Below, in pieces: positions 18,564-31,570 of a stretch of 64,000 bases of DNA. The notes below the pieces were generated by a model that made no database searches, was not told the DNA's origin, and was given only the letters and a program-made list of their open reading frames with translations. Position numbers and translations under genes: made by a program. Source of the stretch: an uncultured Rhizobiaceae bacterium (lineage in GTDB: Bacteria; Pseudomonadota; Alphaproteobacteria; UBA828); the NCBI GenBank assembly GCA_964413115.1, contig CAYPSQ010000002.1, forward strand, positions 8,639 to 72,638, written 5' to 3'. Every line of letters starts with the position of its first letter. Position 1 is the first letter of the stretch.

Positions 18564-20389
18564 ATGCCACGCAACCGGCACCAGCCGTTATCGTGCTTGG
18601 GCCATCGGGGATGGCGACGGCGCGCTGTGCCATGGCTCTGTTCCCGGCGGCGGAGCTGCATGGCTTTGCCAGGCGGGTGGTGCAAGCGGATGTCCATTTC
18701 GACGATACCGCGCAGCATCTCGGCGCACTTTTCTTGGCCGGGCGACCGGTCATCGCGCTCACCGCCGCTGGCATCGTTATTCGCTGTCTCGCGCCACATC
18801 TTGGCGATAAGAAGAGTGAGCCACCGGTTATCGCCCTGGCTGAAGATGGCAGCCATGTGGTCCCGCTGTTGGGCGGCCATCGGGGCGCCAACCGCATGGC
18901 GGCGCAATTGGCCGCGGCGCTCGGCGGTACGGCGGCAATCACCACGGCGGGCGAACTCAGCTTGGGGTTCGCCCTCGACGATCCGCCCGAGGGTTGGCGC
19001 GCCGAGCCCAGTGCGGACGTGAAGAGAGTGACAGCGGGTTTGCTGGCCGGCGAAGCCGTGGCGCTCCACGACCCGCAGGAGCTGGGCGATTGGCTGCATG
19101 ACGGGCCGGCCCGATTCGCGCCTGGCGCAGCGCTCAAACTGGCAGTCTCCGATATGGCTGACACCGAGGCCGATAGTGTCCTCCGTCCGCAAACTCTGGC
19201 CATGGGCATCGGATGTGAGCGCGGCGTGGAAGCCGACGAAGTGGCGGCGTTGGTGAATCAAGTACTTACCAGCGCCGGCCTCAGCCCGCTTTCCATCGCC
19301 TGTTTGGCATCGATTGATGTCAAAATGGATGAGCCCGCGCTACGTGTGGTGGCTGGGCGTTTCGGTCTGCCGCTTCGGTTCTTCGATGCCGCCCGGCTGG
19401 AGCGCGAAACACCGCGCCTGGCCAATCCGTCCGAAGCCGTGTTTCGCGCCGTCGGCTGTCATGGCGTGGCCGAAGCCGCGGCGCTGGCCAGCGCCGGCCC
19501 TGGCGGCAAGTTGATCGTCGCAAAAACCAAATCCGCGCGCGCTACCTGCGCCGTCGCCCGGGCCGATGCCATCATCCACCCGCAAGTGCTCGGGCGCGGC
19601 CTGGGGCAGCTCACAATTATCGGACTCGGACCCGGCGCTGCGGCGTGGCGCACACCGGCGGCCAGTGCTGCCTTAGCGCGGGCCAGCGATTTGGTAGGCT
19701 TTCGCGATTATCTCGACCTCGTTGCGCCGCTGGCTAAAGACAAGCGGCGGCATGAATTCGCCATCGGCGAAGAAGAGGCACGTGTGCGCGCCGCCCTCGA
19801 CCTGGCGGCCGAGGGTCGCGAGGTGGCGCTGGTATCCTCCGGCGATGCCGGCATCTATGGCATGGCAGCGCTAGCGTTCGAGCTCTTGGAGCGCGTGGCG
19901 GCGCCGGCGTGGCGCGGCGTAAAGATCACGGTCGAGCCCGGCATATCCGCGTTGCAGGCGGCGGCGGCACGGGCCGGTGCGCCGCTCGGCCATGATTTTT
20001 GCACCATATCGCTGTCCGACCTGATGACGCCTTGGGCGGTTATTGAGGCGCGCTTGCGCGCCGCAGCGGCGGCGGATTTCGTCGTCGCACTTTACAATCC
20101 CGCGTCCAAACGCCGGCGCCAGGGATTAGTGCGAGCGATGGAGATTTTTGCTGCCGCCCGCCCACCCGATTGCCCGGTCATCGTGGCGCGCAATCTTGGC
20201 CGGGCGGAAGAGACCGTGCGCATGGTGGCGCTCGGCGATATAGACCCCGATGTCGTCGATATGCTGACCCTGGTGATGGTCGGCGGCAGGGAAACGCGCT
20301 TGATCGAAACCGGTGACGGCCCGCGCATCTATACGCCGCGTGGCTATGGCGCGCCGGTTGAGAATAAATCGAAACGCACCGCGCCATGA
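18554..20389 (+). CDS. cobJ: Fusion protein: CbiG-like (cobalt-precorrin-5A hydrolase family) fused to precorrin-3B C17-methyltransferase CobJ/CbiH
   Basis: N-terminal ~345 aa has CbiG hallmarks (LLGGHRGAN, MGIGCERG). C-terminal ~260 aa begins LTIIGLGPGAAAWRTPAA (methylase fold). Confidence 0.8.
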   Translation: MVMNATQPAPAVIVLGPSGMATARCAMALFPAAELHGFARRVVQADVHFDDTAQHLGALFLAGRPVIALTAAGIVIRCLAPHLGDKKSEPPVIALAEDGSHVVPLLGGHRGANRMAAQLAAALGGTAAITTAGELSLGFALDDPPEGWRAEPSADVKRVTAGLLAGEAVALHDPQELGDWLHDGPARFAPGAALKLAVSDMADTEADSVLRPQTLAMGIGCERGVEADEVAALVNQVLTSAGLSPLSIACLASIDVKMDEPALRVVAGRFGLPLRFFDAARLERETPRLANPSEAVFRAVGCHGVAEAAALASAGPGGKLIVAKTKSARATCAVARADAIIHPQVLGRGLGQLTIIGLGPGAAAWRTPAASAALARASDLVGFRDYLDLVAPLAKDKRRHEFAIGEEEARVRAALDLAAEGREVALVSSGDAGIYGMAALAFELLERVAAPAWRGVKITVEPGISALQAAAARAGAPLGHDFCTISLSDLMTPWAVIEARLRAAAAADFVVALYNPASKRRRQGLVRAMEIFAAARPPDCPVIVARNLGRAEETVRMVALGDIDPDVVDMLTLVMVGGRETRLIETGDGPRIYTPRGYGAPVENKSKRTAP

Positions 20390-21162
20390 CCGTGCATTTC
20401 ATCGGCGCCGGCCCGGGCGCGCCTGACCTCATGACGGTGCGCGGCATGGCGCTGCTGCGTGCCGCCCCAATGGTGCTTTATGCCGGCTCGCTGATCCCTG
20501 AGGCCGTCATCGCTGAGGCCAATAAATCAGCGCGCGTGGTCGATACTGCGCCGCTGACGCTCGACGAAATTATCGCCCTGATCGAGACCGCGCACGCCGC
20601 CGGCCAGGATGTGGCGCGCCTACATTCCGGCGATCCCTCGCTCTACGGTGCCATCGCCGAGCAAATTCGCCGGCTCGATGCCCTGGGCATTGGCTATGAC
20701 ATCACCCCGGGGGTTCCCGCCTATGCCGCCGCTGCGGCGGCGCTGGGCTGCGAGCTGACGCTGCCGGGCATTGTCCAGAGCGTTATCCTGACGCGCACGT
20801 CCGTCCGTGCTTCGGCGATGCCGCCCGGTGAGGAATTGGGAAAGCTGGCTGCGACGGGTGCCACGCTGGCGGTACACCTGTCGATCAATAATCTGGCCAA
20901 GGTGGTGCGCGAGATAACTCCGCATTACGGTGCCGACTGCCCCGCCGGTATCGCCTACAGGGTGAGCTGGCCAGATGAGATTTTGTTGCGCGGCACGCTC
21001 GGCGATATCCGCGCTAAGACCAAACCACTGCGCTTGACACGAACCGCGCTTATTCTCGTCGGCCGGGCGCTCGGCGCTGAGGGTTTCGACGACAGCAAGC
21101 TCTACGATCCCGGCCATCATCATGTGCTCCGACCCAAGTCGGCGGACCCCGATCCGTCTTAA
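20386..21162 (+). CDS. cobM: Precorrin-4 C11-methyltransferase
   Basis: VHFIGAGPGAPDLMTVRG ... LHSGDPSLYGA motifs. 258 aa. Confidence 0.88.
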   Translation: MTVHFIGAGPGAPDLMTVRGMALLRAAPMVLYAGSLIPEAVIAEANKSARVVDTAPLTLDEIIALIETAHAAGQDVARLHSGDPSLYGAIAEQIRRLDALGIGYDITPGVPAYAAAAAALGCELTLPGIVQSVILTRTSVRASAMPPGEELGKLAATGATLAVHLSINNLAKVVREITPHYGADCPAGIAYRVSWPDEILLRGTLGDIRAKTKPLRLTRTALILVGRALGAEGFDDSKLYDPGHHHVLRPKSADPDPS

Positions 21163-21941
21163 CGGCTGAGGCCTCGTGCCAGCCAATCAAGCGCGGCTGC
21201 GATGGTCTCGACCGTCTCGCCTGGCGGAGGAGCGGGGCGGCGCACCATAATTACCGGCAATCCCAGATCGCGCGCCGCGTCGATCTTGCCTTCGGTCGCC
21301 GCGCCGCCGCTGGCCCGCGTGACCAGCAAATCGATACGGTGTTGTTCAAGAAGTCGGTGCTCGCTGGTGGCGTCGAACGGCCCGCGGCCGGTGATTAGCT
21401 TTGCTTGCGGCAAGGGCAGCGGATCATCCAGCGTGTCGATCAACCGCACCAGAAACCACCTGTCGCTCAAGCCGGAAAAATATTCGAGTGAACGCGCACC
21501 GACGCTCAAAAACACCCGTCTCCCGAGGCTGGGAACCAGCGCCGCGGCGGCGGCCATGTCCGCCGCCTCATACCAGCGATCACCCGCCTGTATGCGCCAT
21601 GCCGCGCGCGCGAGCACGCATCGCGGCGTCGCGGTGGCGGCGGCAGCGAGGCAGGCATGTTGCGAGATTTGCGCTGAAAAGGGATGGCTGGCGTCGATCA
21701 GAAATTCGACGCCAATGTCTCTGAGATATCCCGCCAGCCCTTCGACGCCGCCGAAGCCGCCAATTCGCACCTCGCCGCTCACTTTGGCAGGGTTGCGCGT
21801 GCGCCCAGCGAGGGAGGATATTACCCGCAGTTGATCGCCCAGTTCGGCCACGGCAGCGCGCGCCAGCAAGAGCGCTTCTCCGGTACCGCCGAGAATTAGG
21901 AGCGTTGGTTTACGGGTTGTCATTTGGGCCCGCTCGGCCAA
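21159..21941 (-). CDS. cobK: Precorrin-6A reductase
   Basis: LLILGGTGEA N-terminus and CobK/CbiJ family similarity. Convergent with cobM (4-nt overlap). Start at 21941 or 21923. Confidence 0.85.
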   Translation of the reverse strand: MAERAQMTTRKPTLLILGGTGEALLLARAAVAELGDQLRVISSLAGRTRNPAKVSGEVRIGGFGGVEGLAGYLRDIGVEFLIDASHPFSAQISQHACLAAAATATPRCVLARAAWRIQAGDRWYEAADMAAAAALVPSLGRRVFLSVGARSLEYFSGLSDRWFLVRLIDTLDDPLPLPQAKLITGRGPFDATSEHRLLEQHRIDLLVTRASGGAATEGKIDAARDLGLPVIMVRRPAPPPGETVETIAAALDWLARGLSR

Positions 21942-23022
21942 TCAGCGCGCCGGCGCGGTCGAAAATCGTCACATCGACCGCGATATCCGCACCACCGAGA
22001 GTCTCTTTCACTATGCCGAGGGCCGCAGCCGCCACCCGGTCGCCTAGCGGCAGATCGCCGGCGAATGCCAGGAGGGCACCGGCCGAATGGGCGGAACGCG
22101 CCTGGGTGAGAATTTCTGTTGTCCCACCGAGTTCCGCGAGATGCTCGGAGAGCACCCCAATGTCCACTTGGCTGCGCCCGGAATGGAGGTCCAAATGGCC
22201 CTGAGCAAGCTTGGATATTTTGGCAAAACCGCCGGCCACAGTTAGGCGCGCTACCGGATTGCGACAGATATATTTTAACAACGCCCCGGCGAAATCTCCC
22301 ATCTCCAGCAGCGCCTGTTCCTCCAGCCCGTATAGGGCGCGCACTGCGTTTTCTGAAGTTTTTCCTGTTGTCCCGGCGACATGGGCCACTCCGGCGGCGC
22401 GTGCCACATCCACGCCTTGATGAATGGAAGCGATCCAGGCAGCACATGAATAGGGCGTGACGATGCCGGTCGTGCCCAATATGGAAACGCCGCCTAGAAC
22501 ACCGAGCCGGCCGTTCATCGTATGAGCGGCAAGCGCTTCGCCGTCATCCACCGAGATGGTGATTTCTACATCACCCGTCGCACCGTGCCGTGTCGCGAGT
22601 TCTTCCACGACTTCCGCCATCATGCGGCGCGGGACAGGGTTTATGGCAGGCTCGCCGACACCGATCCGTAAACCGGGCAGGGTCACCGTGCCGACGCCGT
22701 CACCGGCGTGAAACGACACACCTGCGCCTCTTGCGCCGATTCGCACACTGGCGCGGACTATTGCGCGATGGGTGACGTCGGGATCGTCACCAGCATCCTT
22801 GACAATTGCAGCCATAGCAGAGCCACTGCTTAATTTCGTCTCGTGCAACACAAATACGGGGGTTTGTCCGCGTGGTAAGGTGATAGTGACACGGTCTTCA
22901 AAGTTACCAGTCAACAGCGCGCTATAGGCGGCACGTGTGGCAGCCGTGGCGCAGGCACCGGTGGTCCAGCCCTTACGTAACGGGTGGCGTTCATCGGGTT
23001 TACGAGGATTTGCGCCTGACAT
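21910..23022 (-). CDS. cbiD: CbiD-type (cobalt-)precorrin-5B C1-methyltransferase
   Basis: LRKGWTTGACATAATRAA N-terminus diagnostic of CbiD. 370 aa. Confidence 0.85.
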   Translation of the reverse strand: MSGANPRKPDERHPLRKGWTTGACATAATRAAYSALLTGNFEDRVTITLPRGQTPVFVLHETKLSSGSAMAAIVKDAGDDPDVTHRAIVRASVRIGARGAGVSFHAGDGVGTVTLPGLRIGVGEPAINPVPRRMMAEVVEELATRHGATGDVEITISVDDGEALAAHTMNGRLGVLGGVSILGTTGIVTPYSCAAWIASIHQGVDVARAAGVAHVAGTTGKTSENAVRALYGLEEQALLEMGDFAGALLKYICRNPVARLTVAGGFAKISKLAQGHLDLHSGRSQVDIGVLSEHLAELGGTTEILTQARSAHSAGALLAFAGDLPLGDRVAAAALGIVKETLGGADIAVDVTIFDRAGALIGRAGPNDNP

Positions 23023-23071
23023 TGTGCCAGTTTAGCTCGCCGCTCCCGTGGAGCGGGTGTAAAATCGTCTC

Positions 23072-23950
23072 ATGTCCGAAAACAACAAAACATCTCTCGA
23101 GATCGCTGCCTCTACACTGCCGGCAATGCCGTCTTTTCAGCCCGGCAGCGTTTGGTTGGTCGGCGCCGGGCCAGGTGATCCAGGCCTCCTGTCGTTACTG
23201 GCCTTCCACGCCCTCGGTGCAGCGGACGACATCGTTTATGACGCCTTGGTTGGGGAGGACATTCTCGCCCTAGCAGGTGCGGACGTCGATCTGCATTATG
23301 CGGGCAAACGTGGCGGCAAACCCTCGGCAAAGCAAGGCGACATCAGCGATAAATTGATCAATCTAGCGCGTGCCGGGCGCAAGGTGCTTCGCCTCAAGGG
23401 CGGCGATCCCTTCATCTTCGGACGCGGCGGTGAGGAAGCGCTGGCACTGGCAGCGGCAGGCGTGCCGTTCCGCCTAGTGCCGGGAATCACCGCTGCGGTG
23501 GCCGGCCTAGCCTATGCCGGCATTCCGATTACTGACCGGCGTGTTAATTCAGCGGTGACGTTTATAACCGGCCATGAATCAGGTGGCGGACCACCGGCTG
23601 GGCTCGATTGGCCCGCCCTCGCATCTGGCGCGCCGGTATTGATCCTTTATATGGCGCTCCGGCATCTAGCGTGGATGGCCGAGCGCTTGGTGGCGGCCGG
23701 GCGCGCCGCGGATACGGCGGTGATTCTGATTAGCAAGGCAACGCTCGCTGGTCAGCAAATCGTCGAAACAAGCCTGGAGCGCGCCGCCGAGGATGCTGCA
23801 GCGGCCAATCTTGAGGCGCCGGCAATAATCGCGATCGGCGATGTGGTCGGCCTCCGAGCAGCGCTCGACCCCGGCGCCACCCCTGAGTCACGCGCCCGCG
23901 CAGCGCTCAAATTTCTGGCGACGCGCGCTATTGAAGAGACCGCACCCTAG
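23072..23950 (+). CDS. cobA: Uroporphyrinogen-III C-methyltransferase (SUMT)
   Basis: VWLVGAGPGDPGLLSL and LKGGDPFIFGRGGEE motifs. Confidence 0.88.
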   Translation: MSENNKTSLEIAASTLPAMPSFQPGSVWLVGAGPGDPGLLSLLAFHALGAADDIVYDALVGEDILALAGADVDLHYAGKRGGKPSAKQGDISDKLINLARAGRKVLRLKGGDPFIFGRGGEEALALAAAGVPFRLVPGITAAVAGLAYAGIPITDRRVNSAVTFITGHESGGGPPAGLDWPALASGAPVLILYMALRHLAWMAERLVAAGRAADTAVILISKATLAGQQIVETSLERAAEDAAAANLEAPAIIAIGDVVGLRAALDPGATPESRARAALKFLATRAIEETAP

Positions 23951-23964
23951 CGCCACCGCACTGC

Positions 23965-24672
23965 TTGAAGCGCCTGCCCGAGGCGCTTATCTTCACCGCT
24001 CAAATGGATTTTATTCGTCTAAAAAAACCGCGCTCTGATAATCACCCGGGCTTTTCCCGCGATCCACGCGGCTTGCGCCGCAATCCACTCGTCTGGATCG
24101 CCTTGCTCGGCGCTATTGTTCTCTATACCCAAATGGACGGCTCCTTGTTGGGCGATCTTGATGAGGCGCAGCGCCCAGTAGTTCATTTGACCGATGTCGG
24201 CGGCGCTTTCACGCTGATCGATCACCATGGCCGTGCGGTGACGGAGCAGGATTATGTCGGCCGCTACATGCTTATTTATTTCGGCTACAGCTGGTGCCCG
24301 GATGTGTGTCCAACCGAACTGCTTTTGATGAGTCAAGTTGTGGACCTACTGGGCGAGGCCGGCGAGAAGGTCCAGCCTATATTTATCACCGTCGATCCGG
24401 CGCGCGATACGGTCGAGTCACTAGCCAAATATGTGGTGAATTTTCACCCGCGTCTAACCGCGCTGACTGGTAACGAGGCGCAAATTTTGGCCGTGGCGGA
24501 TGCCTACAAAGTCTATTTCAGTAAGGGCGAGGAACTTGATGCGGCGGACGATTATGTCGTAGATCACTCTGATATCATGTATTTTATGGGCCCCGATGGC
24601 GCTCTTTTAAAATATTTCCAAACTGGACAGCGGCCTGTCGATATCGCCCAGGCGATAGGGCAGCATTTGTGA
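23965..24672 (+). CDS. SCO1/SenC family thiol-disulfide/copper chaperone-like protein, membrane-anchored
   Basis: Single TM helix LVWIALLGAIVLY, thioredoxin-like CxxxCP motif CPDVCP, conserved downstream His in DHSDIMYFMGPDG. Stop overlaps the cobB GTG start. Confidence 0.8.
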   Translation: MKRLPEALIFTAQMDFIRLKKPRSDNHPGFSRDPRGLRRNPLVWIALLGAIVLYTQMDGSLLGDLDEAQRPVVHLTDVGGAFTLIDHHGRAVTEQDYVGRYMLIYFGYSWCPDVCPTELLLMSQVVDLLGEAGEKVQPIFITVDPARDTVESLAKYVVNFHPRLTALTGNEAQILAVADAYKVYFSKGEELDAADDYVVDHSDIMYFMGPDGALLKYFQTGQRPVDIAQAIGQHL

Positions 24673-25982
24673 GCACGGCGCGGGGACTCCTTCTCGCTGC
24701 TCCCAAGTCGGGCTCCGGCAAGACCGTTCTCACACTTGGCCTGTTGCGCCATTGGTCGCGTTCAGGGATCGCTGCGGTGCCGTTCAAGGCCGGGCCAGAT
24801 TATATTGATGCCGCGTATCACTCCGCAGCAGCAGGGCATGCTTGTATTAATCTCGATAGCTGGGCAATGCGCGCCGAAAGCCTTGATGCTAGCGCCGCAG
24901 CACTGGCGCAAGGCGCCGAATTCGTTCTCGGCGAGGGTGTGATGGGGCTCTTTGACGGGGCCGTCGGTGGTGGCGGCGCGACTGCCGATCTTGCTGCCCA
25001 TTTTGCTCTTCCCGTGGTTCTAGTTATCGATGTGCGCGGCCAGGGCGCTTCTGTGGCGGCGTTGGTGCAAGGGTTTACTAGTCACCGCGCCGATGTTGAA
25101 GTCGCCGCGGTCATCTTCAACCATGTCGCCAGCCCTCGCCACGCGGACATCTTGAGCTCCGCCTTGGCACCGACAGGCATTGCCGTTTTGGGGGCGCTGC
25201 CGCGCGACGCGGCATTGGCCTTGCCGGCGCGCCATCTCGGGCTGGTTCAGGCCGGTGAATCAGAGGATTTAGAGGCATTCCTGAATGCTGCGGCCAATCA
25301 TGTCGCCCGCCATGTTGATGGCGAAGGATTGCGCGCGCTCGGCCGACCGCTTCACGCACGGCACGGCGCCGCACCACCTTGCCTGCTCAAGCCGCTTGGT
25401 CAGAAAATCGCCGTCGCCCGCGACATGGCGTTTGCCTTCAGCTATGAAGCGGTGTTGGCGGGCTGGCGCCAGGCTGGCGCGGCACTCAGCTTTTTCTCGC
25501 CGCTCGCTGACGAAGCGCCGGACACAGGTGCAGACGCTATATATCTGCCCGGCGGCTATCCAGAAAATCATGCCGGGCGGCTCGCCACCAATAGCAATTT
25601 TATCGGCGGGTTACGCCGCGCGGCGAACAACAATGTCTATATTTACGGAGAATGCGGCGGTTACATGGTGTTGGGCGATGGTCTGGTTGATGCGGTGGGC
25701 CAGCGCCATGCCATGGCCGGACTGTTGCCGCTTGAGACGAGTTTCGCCGCACCCCGTCTCGATCTTGGCTACCGCGAGGTAGAGATGCTGTGCGATGCAC
25801 CATTTGCCGCTACAGGCGCACGTTTTCGCGGTCATGAATTTCACTATGCCGCAGTGACACAGGAAGGCGGCGCCCACCCACTTTTTCGCTGTTCTGATTC
25901 AGGCGGCAAAGATCTTGGGCAAATGGGCTTGGCAGCGGGCACTGTGATGGGGTCGTTCATTCACTTGATCGATCGCCGTTAA
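24669..25982 (+). CDS. cobB: Hydrogenobyrinate/cobyrinate a,c-diamide synthase
   Basis: LLAAPKSGSGKTVLTLGLL P-loop plus C-terminal GATase domain. GTG start. Confidence 0.88.
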   Translation: MSTARGLLLAAPKSGSGKTVLTLGLLRHWSRSGIAAVPFKAGPDYIDAAYHSAAAGHACINLDSWAMRAESLDASAAALAQGAEFVLGEGVMGLFDGAVGGGGATADLAAHFALPVVLVIDVRGQGASVAALVQGFTSHRADVEVAAVIFNHVASPRHADILSSALAPTGIAVLGALPRDAALALPARHLGLVQAGESEDLEAFLNAAANHVARHVDGEGLRALGRPLHARHGAAPPCLLKPLGQKIAVARDMAFAFSYEAVLAGWRQAGAALSFFSPLADEAPDTGADAIYLPGGYPENHAGRLATNSNFIGGLRRAANNNVYIYGECGGYMVLGDGLVDAVGQRHAMAGLLPLETSFAAPRLDLGYREVEMLCDAPFAATGARFRGHEFHYAAVTQEGGAHPLFRCSDSGGKDLGQMGLAAGTVMGSFIHLIDRR

Positions 25983-27862
25983 CGTAAGGCGTGGGTCATA
26001 AATTCGCGCCAGATAGCGGCTGCTGTGCCGCCGCCGGTGACGCCTCGCATCGGCTTGCCATTGTCATTGCCGAGCCAAACACCTACCACCACATCACCTG
26101 CGAAACCGACGAACCAGGCGTCGCGGAAATTCTGGCTGGTGCCCGTCTTACCGTAGGCCGGGCCGAGCTCAGGCGGCAACGTCGCGTCGCGCCCGGTCCC
26201 GCCAGCGATTACGGCGGCGAGCAGCTCGCGCATGGCGGTGGCGGTTTGTGGCTCGATTACCCGCCCGGCGCCGGAGCCAGAGCGGGTGTAAAGAATTTGG
26301 CCGCCACGGTTTCTCACCTCTCGGATACCGTGTGGCAGGGCGAGCTTACCGTTGCCAACGAGCGGTGCATAGGCGGCGGTCAACTCGATCAGGCTCAAAT
26401 CGCCGCTACCAAGGCTGAGGCTGGCATCGTGCGGCAGATCACTTTGGATGCCGAGTCGGCGCGCCAATTTGGCGACGTTGTTGATACCAGCCTTTTGACC
26501 GACACGCACGGCAACACTGTTGATCGAAGCGGCAAACGCGTCGCGTAATGAAACCGGCCCTCGGTACGTACCGTTATAATTACGCGGCGCCCAGCCGGCG
26601 ATTTCGATCGGCGCATCTTCGAACACGTCTTCGGGCGTTAGTCCGGCCTCTATGCCGGCGAGATAGACTATGGTTTTGAACGCGGAGCCTGGCTGACGCA
26701 GCGCTTGGCTTGCCCGGTTGAACTGGCTCTTGCCGTAGTCCCGGCCGCCCACCATGGCAAGCACTGCGCCGTCCGGTGCGAGTGCCACCAGAGCGCCTTC
26801 GCCGACGGCGCGGCTGGATGCGTCTTTGAGCCCACGCGCCACTGCCGCCTCCGCGGCGCGCTGCATTGCCGGATCAAGCGTTGTGTGGACGGTGAGCGCC
26901 GGCGCCCCGCGCCCCGCATAGGCTGGTACTTGTCCCCTGACCCAATCATTGAAATAGCGCGCTACACCGGACGGTTTTTTTTGTTTGATGAGGCTGGCCG
27001 GCGTAGATTTGGCGCGTGAGGCATCCGCCGCGGAGATGAACCCGGCGGCTACCATACTGTCGAGCACCAGCGCCGCGCGACGCCGCGCTGCCTCAAGATC
27101 GCGCGCCGGTGAGAGCCGTGACGGCGCCTTCAACAGGCCGGCCAGCACAGCCGCCTCGGCGAGATTGACGTGCCGCGCGGACTTGCCAAAATAGCGCGTT
27201 GCTGCCGCATCGACACCATAGCTTCCGGCGCCGAGATAAACTCGGTTGAGATATAGGGTGAGGATTTCGTCCTTGCTGAATTCGCGTTCCAGGCGGAAGG
27301 CTAAAAATAGTTCTTGAATTTTGCGTTCAAGCGATTTTGCCGGGGTGAGAAAGGCGATTTTAGCCAATTGTTGGGTGATGGTGCTGCCGCCTTCGCGCAA
27401 GTGTCCGGATGTGATATTGCGCCATAGCGCCCGCAGAACGCCTATCGCGTCCATGCCGCCATGCTCATAGAACCGTCGGTCCTCAATGGCGACAACGGCC
27501 TGCGTCAGTAACGGCGATATCTCGTGTACGGTAACGAAGTCGCCCCAATGCGTACCGAACCTGGCCAGAGTCGAGCCGTCCCTGGCCAAGAGGGTGATAG
27601 CGGGGGCGCTTTTGGGGCCGGTGAGACTATCGCTCTCAGGCAGGTCATGGGCGACATAGGCAGTGAAGCCGGTGGCTACAAGGGTCAGCCAAATTAGCGC
27701 AATTAGCGCTACCCGGATTTCTCGCCAGGGAGACTTACGCCGCTGTTTGGGGGTTTTGTTTTGGTCGGTGGGCTTCGATTTGGTACTCGCAGTCTTGGGC
27801 CTGGCGTTCGCGGTGCCGGGTTTCGCCTTTTTCCCTCGGGAAGCGCCCCTAGATCTGGCCAT
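25979..27862 (-). CDS. Class A penicillin-binding protein (peptidoglycan glycosyltransferase + transpeptidase)
   Basis: GT51 motifs EDRRFYEHGG, GGSTITQQ. Transpeptidase motifs SAFK, KTGT. N-terminal basic tail and TM anchor. Stop codon overlaps the cobB stop (convergent). Confidence 0.85.
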   Translation of the reverse strand: MARSRGASRGKKAKPGTANARPKTASTKSKPTDQNKTPKQRRKSPWREIRVALIALIWLTLVATGFTAYVAHDLPESDSLTGPKSAPAITLLARDGSTLARFGTHWGDFVTVHEISPLLTQAVVAIEDRRFYEHGGMDAIGVLRALWRNITSGHLREGGSTITQQLAKIAFLTPAKSLERKIQELFLAFRLEREFSKDEILTLYLNRVYLGAGSYGVDAAATRYFGKSARHVNLAEAAVLAGLLKAPSRLSPARDLEAARRRAALVLDSMVAAGFISAADASRAKSTPASLIKQKKPSGVARYFNDWVRGQVPAYAGRGAPALTVHTTLDPAMQRAAEAAVARGLKDASSRAVGEGALVALAPDGAVLAMVGGRDYGKSQFNRASQALRQPGSAFKTIVYLAGIEAGLTPEDVFEDAPIEIAGWAPRNYNGTYRGPVSLRDAFAASINSVAVRVGQKAGINNVAKLARRLGIQSDLPHDASLSLGSGDLSLIELTAAYAPLVGNGKLALPHGIREVRNRGGQILYTRSGSGAGRVIEPQTATAMRELLAAVIAGGTGRDATLPPELGPAYGKTGTSQNFRDAWFVGFAGDVVVGVWLGNDNGKPMRGVTGGGTAAAIWREFMTHALR

Positions 27863-27879
27863 AGAAGGCGCCTGTGGTG

Positions 27880-31570
<3,691 letters not shown>

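Noticed and set aside
25979-25982. Convergent overlap of the cobB and PBP stop codons (TTAA).
   Set aside because: A trivial consequence of compact gene packing. No terminator or regulatory structure apparent.
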